Of a stretch of 64,000 nt of DNA, positions 58,873 through 64,000 are shown piece by piece. A program made the position numbers and the translations under genes. Origin of the DNA: Chitinophagaceae bacterium (GTDB lineage: Bacteria; Bacteroidota; Bacteroidia; Chitinophagales; Chitinophagaceae). The notes beneath the pieces are model-generated. The model worked only from the letters and a program-made list of their open reading frames with translations. It did no database searches and was not told the origin of the DNA. Each line of letters starts with the position of its first letter. Within the stretch, counting starts at the first letter, position 1. The stretch spans positions 23,119-87,118 of the forward strand of contig JBPCKN010000012.1 in assembly GCA_051004255.1 (NCBI GenBank). Direction: 5' to 3'.

Positions 58873-59655
58873 ATGAAATTATCTCAGCAAACTACAATAA
58901 AAATTATCTTGATTGCTTTGTCCATCTTAATTCTATTGTATATTTCAGAACCAGTTATGTTTAATATTCCTCCGCATAGTAAAAATCTTCTTTGGATAGT
59001 TTTTATTATCTCCGGATTATTATTACTGCTTACCTACATCAATCCGAAAAAACCTCCTGCCCCGCCTTTGCTGCCGCACAATACTTTACCGCAACCTTCA
59101 GGCGAAATAAGCGGAACTGTTGTAGAATATGGCAGCAACGCTATTGGTGATATTGATAAGATTTTATTGCAGCAAAGCAATCAAAAAATATGGTTACATT
59201 TTCCACCGCACACTGCGCAACAGGTCATGAATATAGCTATAAAAAATACTACTATATACGCAACTATTGATAATGGCAAAAAGCCGCCGCATGATAACAG
59301 TATAATGTATGAATTAATTTCATTGCGGTCAGATGCATTGGGTAAAATAATTAATGTGCATGATATTCCGCCGCCTCCGCCAATGCAAGGAAATGAAGTG
59401 GAAGTAAAAGGAAATAACATTCAATTAAAATTAGACGACAAGGGAAACGCTGCAGCATTTATTCTATCAGGAAAGTTAATTGAGTTTCATCCGCATACAG
59501 CAGAAACGTTATTGCCTTTGATGAAACAGGCACATGAAATTATTGTACGCGGTTACGAACGCAGCCCATCTGATGGTTTTGTAAATAATACCGGATTGCC
59601 TTTTATAAAACCTTCTGTTATTACGATTGATAATATTAATTATGTGATACAATAA
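58873..59655 (+). CDS. Membrane-anchored paralog of the 56305 protein (two TM helices, Pro-rich linker, two FPPH/FHPH domains)
   Basis: TM helices IKIILIALSILILLYI and LLWIVFIISGLLLLLTYI, then linker PKKPPAPPLLPHNTLPQP. The repeats are centred on WLHFPPHTAQQV and LIEFHPHTAETL. Confidence 0.6.
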   Translation: MKLSQQTTIKIILIALSILILLYISEPVMFNIPPHSKNLLWIVFIISGLLLLLTYINPKKPPAPPLLPHNTLPQPSGEISGTVVEYGSNAIGDIDKILLQQSNQKIWLHFPPHTAQQVMNIAIKNTTIYATIDNGKKPPHDNSIMYELISLRSDALGKIINVHDIPPPPPMQGNEVEVKGNNIQLKLDDKGNAAAFILSGKLIEFHPHTAETLLPLMKQAHEIIVRGYERSPSDGFVNNTGLPFIKPSVITIDNINYVIQ

Positions 59656-59660
59656 ACAAA

Positions 59661-60344
59661 ATGAAAATACTGATCGCAGAAGATGAAGAAAAACTTGCAG
59701 CTTTTATACAAAAAGGATTGCAGCAGGCAGGGCATGTAGTGCAGCAATGCAATAATGGTTCGCAGGCTTTGGAAAAAGCTGCATCAGAAAATTTTGATTT
59801 GATATTGCTCGATTTGATGATGCCCGGCGCCAATGGTTTTGAAGTGCTGAAAAATCTTCGTGCCTTTAAAATTCAAACACCGGTGATTATTGTAAGCGCT
59901 TTGAGCGATACGCAGCAAGTAGTGCAGGGGCTTGACCTTGGCGCAGTTGATTATATAAAAAAACCTTTTGAATGGGAGGAATTGCTGGCACGCATAAGAA
60001 TTCTGCAGCGAAAATTATTTTCATCAGAAAGTACAAAAATTTGTATTGATGATTTGATAATTGATTTAATGAGTCGCAAAGTGGTAAGAGGAGAAAAAGA
60101 AATAAACCTTACCTCAAAAGAATTTGTGTTGCTCGAATATCTTGCCCGCAATGCAAACCGCGTGATAAGTAAAAATCAAATACTGGAAAATGTATGGGAA
60201 ATGGATTTTGATCCCGAAAGCAATATTGTAGAAGTGTATATGTATCAATTGCGAAAAAAAATTGATAAAGGCTTTGATAAAAATTTAATAGAAACCATTG
60301 TTGGTGCTGGTTATAAGCTGAAAGGAAATAAATCATCACTTTGA
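59661..60344 (+). CDS. OmpR/PhoB-family response regulator
   Basis: Receiver domain (DLILLDLMMPG) and a C-terminal winged-helix DNA-binding domain (LTSKEFVLLEYL...VGAGYKL). Confidence 0.9.
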   Translation: MKILIAEDEEKLAAFIQKGLQQAGHVVQQCNNGSQALEKAASENFDLILLDLMMPGANGFEVLKNLRAFKIQTPVIIVSALSDTQQVVQGLDLGAVDYIKKPFEWEELLARIRILQRKLFSSESTKICIDDLIIDLMSRKVVRGEKEINLTSKEFVLLEYLARNANRVISKNQILENVWEMDFDPESNIVEVYMYQLRKKIDKGFDKNLIETIVGAGYKLKGNKSSL

Positions 60345-61669
60345 AAAAAAGATTTTCATATCCTTTTTACCATAGCCTTCGCTTTCGGTTCGGGTTAATT
60401 TTCGGCTTATTATTTTTATTCTTTTTATTGGGGATTGTTTTTTTTCTTTATTCAAACGTAAAATATCAACTTGAAAAAAGTTTTGCAGACAGATTAAAAA
60501 GCCAGGCAAACATTGTTTTACAAAAGACGGAGATAAGCCCGTTAACCATTCCATTGCCGCAGGAAAAAGAATATTTTTTACTCACTTATAATAACGGCAA
60601 GCAATCAGACACGCTGTTTAACAATCTGCCTTTATCTGCAAAATTATTATCTGCACAAAACCCGCGAGTGCAGTTGTGGCGCGCTTTATACGTTTCACGG
60701 ATATTAGAAACGGGCGGCATAATAAATATATGGTATGCCTTGTCTGCAAATGAATTAAATAAAAATCTTGAACAACTTCGGTTGGTATTATTTATTTATA
60801 TTCCATTGTCGCTTTTTATTTCTTTTATTGCAGGATATTTTTTATCGGGATTTTTATTACAACCTATTCATCACATCATCAGCAAAGCAAACGATACAAG
60901 CTTGCAAAATGAAATACAACTTTTAAAGGAGCCCAAAACAAAAGATGAACTGCATCATTTATCTGTTGCATTAAACCGTATGCTGGAAAGAATACAAAAA
61001 CAATCGCAGCAGCAAAATGCTTTTTTTGCATCAGCATCACACGAATTGCGAACACCGTTAAGCGTGATGCTCACTGAATTGCAGGTGTTGCAAATGAGTA
61101 ATACGTCACTCGAAATAAAATCAATTTTGCAAAATCAAATAGCAGCGGTTCAACGATTAAATAAATTAGTGAATGATTTTTTACTGATGAGCCAATTAAA
61201 ATCGGGCACGCTGATGTTGCAAAAAGAAAATGTAAATATTGTTGAGTTGGTAACAGACAGCTCAGAAAGATTAATGAATAAAATGCAGCAACAATTTCTT
61301 TCTTTAAAAATAAATCTGCTGCCGGTGGATGGCAATTTTGATGTATGGGCTGATGCAGCGCTGCTACAAATAATTATTTTTAATCTTATGGAAAATGCAG
61401 CAAAGTATGCAAAGGCGCAAACACTTATTGAAATTACTATTAAGCAAATTGACAAAAATATTTTATTCAATATATCTAATACAACTGATAAAGAAATTAT
61501 CAATATTGAAAAACTTACGGATGAATTCAAAAGAGAAGATGATTACAAGGAAGGTTTTGGTTTAGGTTTATGGATAGTGAAGCAGCTAATTGTTTTACAT
61601 GATGCAAAATTTAATTTGTTATATATCAACAGAACTTTTATGGCGGAGTGGATAATGAAAAAGAAATAA
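60341..61669 (+). CDS. Sensor histidine kinase
   Basis: Two TM helices flank a ~120-aa periplasmic loop. H-box SHELRTPL, N-box NLMENAAKY, and G-box GFGLGLWIV are present. It overlaps the regulator gene by 4 nt. Confidence 0.88.
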   Translation: MKKRFSYPFYHSLRFRFGLIFGLLFLFFLLGIVFFLYSNVKYQLEKSFADRLKSQANIVLQKTEISPLTIPLPQEKEYFLLTYNNGKQSDTLFNNLPLSAKLLSAQNPRVQLWRALYVSRILETGGIINIWYALSANELNKNLEQLRLVLFIYIPLSLFISFIAGYFLSGFLLQPIHHIISKANDTSLQNEIQLLKEPKTKDELHHLSVALNRMLERIQKQSQQQNAFFASASHELRTPLSVMLTELQVLQMSNTSLEIKSILQNQIAAVQRLNKLVNDFLLMSQLKSGTLMLQKENVNIVELVTDSSERLMNKMQQQFLSLKINLLPVDGNFDVWADAALLQIIIFNLMENAAKYAKAQTLIEITIKQIDKNILFNISNTTDKEIINIEKLTDEFKREDDYKEGFGLGLWIVKQLIVLHDAKFNLLYINRTFMAEWIMKKK

Positions 61670-62736
61670 GGTAACTACACAGTAAAAGGGCGAATCTTTT
61701 TATTAAGTTTTTTAAAATGTAATAAAGTAATTCCTCTACAATTACAGATGTATCACCATTATAATAAGTAAGGTGGCAATAATTTGCAAGTGCAGTCAAG
61801 TATTCTGATCGCTATGTTCAATTATTTACTCTTGCTTTTAAGGACTTGGTATTAGCGAGAAAAGCAGGAACAATGTCAAATCAATAATACAAAATAATAG
61901 AAGCCATTGTTATTTTTCTTTAGAGAAATATGTATTTTAAATTACTTTGTCCGTATACGCGTACCAAAGCTTTTATTTTTTTTAATAAAAGCTCCCTTTC
62001 ATTATTCATGAATTTGAAATATCCTGCCTCGTGCTCTTATACGTTGTAAAGACATTAATGATAAAGATGATACACCGTTAGGTAATACAAAAATCGATAT
62101 TGAGAATCATAAGGTCATTTAATAATCTACTCTTGACTGGCTATCCGCAATGAGTTTCAGAATGAGAGCGCCTGCAATAAAAACGGCTATAACAGAAAAG
62201 GCAGGCAGATTTTTTTTGTTCAATGATTTCTTTTTCATACGCTTTTCATTTTAATAAACAGAATAAAAAATATCGGAAAAAATTTTATTTTTTTATAAAA
62301 TTAATATTTTATTGATAATTTTTTAATTATGAATTTTTTTATTCCCTTTTTTATTATTTCATTCAAGGTAATTGAAAAGGAATTACTCACTTCATATCAG
62401 AAATCGTTCTAAAATTTTAATAAATATGTGCAAAAAAAAAATATTTTAAAAAGAATCCTTTATTTAAAAAATGCAGTACCTTACAATATATTTTCTAACG
62501 ATAATCAATATTTTTTGTTCACTGGTAACTCAACATTAATAGCGAATATGTATGTTGAGTTTTGATACTCGAAACGTAAATATTTTTTCTCTGATTTGTG
62601 TGAAATTAATGATGAACTTGCCTAAACGTTTCCACTTCAATTGGTAAAAAGATGGTTAGTAAGGATGTAGCAAATTGTTGAAAAGTTGATTTTCGCTAAT
62701 CGCTCAAACATTTATTCATCACATAAAATTAAACCC

Positions 62737-63795
62737 ATGGCTACAAAATCAGTAACTGGTACAAACTCCGTAAACGATATTCATATCATTTGGCTAACAT
62801 CCGGACTGAGTTGCGATGGTGATTCAGTTGCAATGACTGGGGCAGTTAATCCCAGCCTGGAAGATATTGCATTAGGGGCATTGCCCGGCATGCCCAACGT
62901 TCATATTCATAGCCCGGTGATATCTTATGAAAACGGAGATGAACTTATGCAATGGTGGTATAAAGCGGAAAGAGGAGAACTTGACCCCTTTGTTTTAATA
63001 TTGGAAGGTTCGGTACCCAATGAGGAAGCCATTAAACACACCGGCGGGTATTGGGCTGCTATGGGTACTACTGGCCCCTTTGGTGATCCTATTACTACTA
63101 ATGAATGGATTGACCGGCTTTCAAAAAAAGCAGCCGCAGTTGTGGCCCTGGGCACTTGCGCCACTTATGGAGGGATACCCGCAATGAAAAATAATCCAAC
63201 TGGTGCTATGGGTCTTCCTGATTACTTAGGATGGAATTGGAAGTCGAAGGCAGGCTTACCCATCGTTTGTATTCCCGGATGTCCTGCCCAGCCGGATAAT
63301 ACAACAGAAACACTTTTATATCTTGTTTTCCAATTAGCCGGTAAAGCACCTATGATTCCTTTAGATGATGCATTGCGTCCTAAATGGTTGTTCGATCGCA
63401 CTGCTCATGAAAATTGTGACAGGGGTGCCTTCTACGAACAAGGTGATTTCGGACAAGAATATGGCACACATAAATGTCTTGTACAAATAGGATGTAATGG
63501 GCCTATAGTGTATTGCAATGTCCCCAGGCGTGGTTGGCAAAATGGAATCGGAGGATGCCCTAATATTGGAGGTATTTGTATGGCCTGTACTATGCCTGGA
63601 TTCCCTGATAAATTCATGCCTTTTATGGATGAGGCTATTGGCGCAAGATTTTCTTCTAATTCAGCAAAATTTATATCAGGCCCTATCTTGAGAGTCTTTC
63701 GCAGAATGACTGCTAATAAGAAAGATAAAGAACCTGCATGGAGGAAACCCGGTAAGAAGATCACAAGTGGCTATCAGCCTGCATGGGAAAATTAA
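62737..63795 (+). CDS. [NiFe]-hydrogenase small subunit without a Tat signal, with a Cys-to-Asp variant in the proximal-cluster motif
   Basis: Fe-S ligand pattern: GLSCDGD (instead of CxxC), GTCATYGG, PGCPAQP, HENCDRG, CLVQIGCNGP, C...GGCPNIGGICMAC. No RRxF twin-arginine leader. The ATG at 62737 is preferred. Confidence 0.85.
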   Translation: MATKSVTGTNSVNDIHIIWLTSGLSCDGDSVAMTGAVNPSLEDIALGALPGMPNVHIHSPVISYENGDELMQWWYKAERGELDPFVLILEGSVPNEEAIKHTGGYWAAMGTTGPFGDPITTNEWIDRLSKKAAAVVALGTCATYGGIPAMKNNPTGAMGLPDYLGWNWKSKAGLPIVCIPGCPAQPDNTTETLLYLVFQLAGKAPMIPLDDALRPKWLFDRTAHENCDRGAFYEQGDFGQEYGTHKCLVQIGCNGPIVYCNVPRRGWQNGIGGCPNIGGICMACTMPGFPDKFMPFMDEAIGARFSSNSAKFISGPILRVFRRMTANKKDKEPAWRKPGKKITSGYQPAWEN

Positions 63796-63847
63796 AATTT
63801 GACTTTCTATACAATGACTACTATTAATTAAAAATAAAAATTTTATT

Positions 63848-64000
63848 ATGCCAGAAGTACTAACCAAACCAAGAGTTTCCACAGATAAACCCAACGTTGT
63901 AATAAAGGAAATGTCATGGGATCCAATTACCCGTATAGTAGGTAGTTTAGGTATCCATTGCAAGATTGATTTTACCAACAGAAAAGTTCAGGAGTGTTAC
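63848..64000 (+). CDS. [NiFe]-hydrogenase large subunit, N-terminal 51 codons (runs off the window)
   Basis: Hand translation gives MPEVLTKPRVSTDKPNVVIKEMSWDPITRIVGSLGIHCKIDFTNRKVQEC. DPITRI-x-G matches the conserved N-terminal DPVTRIEG region. It starts 52 nt after the small subunit. Confidence 0.75.
   Translation, partial: MPEVLTKPRVSTDKPNVVIKEMSWDPITRIVGSLGIHCKIDFTNRKVQECY

Noticed and set aside
62010-62120. An in-frame stretch …PRALIRCKDINDKDDTPLGNTKIDIENHKVI-stop that looks like the C-terminal fragment of a lost gene
   Set aside because: It is too short and has no upstream reading frame. The resemblance to any family is speculative.
62119-62238. A 39-codon minus-strand ORF (MKKKSLNKKNLPAFSVIAVFIAGALILKLIADSQSRVDY) with one TM helix in the AT-rich gap
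   Set aside because: It is plausible as a small membrane protein. However, it is very short, has no recognisable family and no supporting signals, and short ORFs arise easily in AT-rich sequence.

Overview
This is a low-GC chromosomal segment that looks Bacteroidota-like: the dcw cluster lacks murF, several genes appear to start at TTG, start codons have A-rich leaders without Shine-Dalgarno sequences, and the spacers carry typical hairpin repeats. I saw no rRNA, tRNA, CRISPR array, transposase or integrase. Gene content runs as follows. (1) A complete division/cell-wall cluster, rsmH-ftsL-ftsI-murE-mraY-murD-ftsW-murG-murC-ftsQ-ftsA-ftsZ (1-16659). (2) DNA-repair genes: an ATP-dependent ligase with an MBL-fold exonuclease, a Lig-Pol LigD, UvrD/PcrA, RecQ and DinB. 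These are interleaved with phospholipid (psd, cdsA), heme (hemL), redox (thioredoxin, Mn-catalase, DsbA-like, CDGSH) and sugar-nucleotide (kpsF, manC, epimerase) housekeeping genes. (3) One intact HepT/MNT toxin-antitoxin pair and a small islet of decayed Doc and ParE/RelE modules. (4) Two tandem GMC oxidoreductases. (5) An uncharacterised module (55.6-61.7 kb). It contains two paralogous proline/histidine-motif two-domain envelope proteins, a His-rich small protein sharing their upstream motif, DMT and MFS transporters, and an OmpR-type two-component system. (6) After a 1-kb ORF-free AT-rich gap, the start of a Tat-less [NiFe]-hydrogenase operon whose small subunit has an Asp where the second proximal-cluster Cys normally sits (group 1h-like). 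The most striking structure not explained by genes is a ~60-nt bipartite intergenic element with core GTACAAGAGTGCGACGCAACGATG. It is present 12 times, five of them inside the dcw cluster, and its orientation follows a strict rule relative to the flanking gene ends. I could not assign it to any named repeat or ncRNA family from memory. All family assignments rest on motifs read by eye in the supplied translations; no database search was possible.
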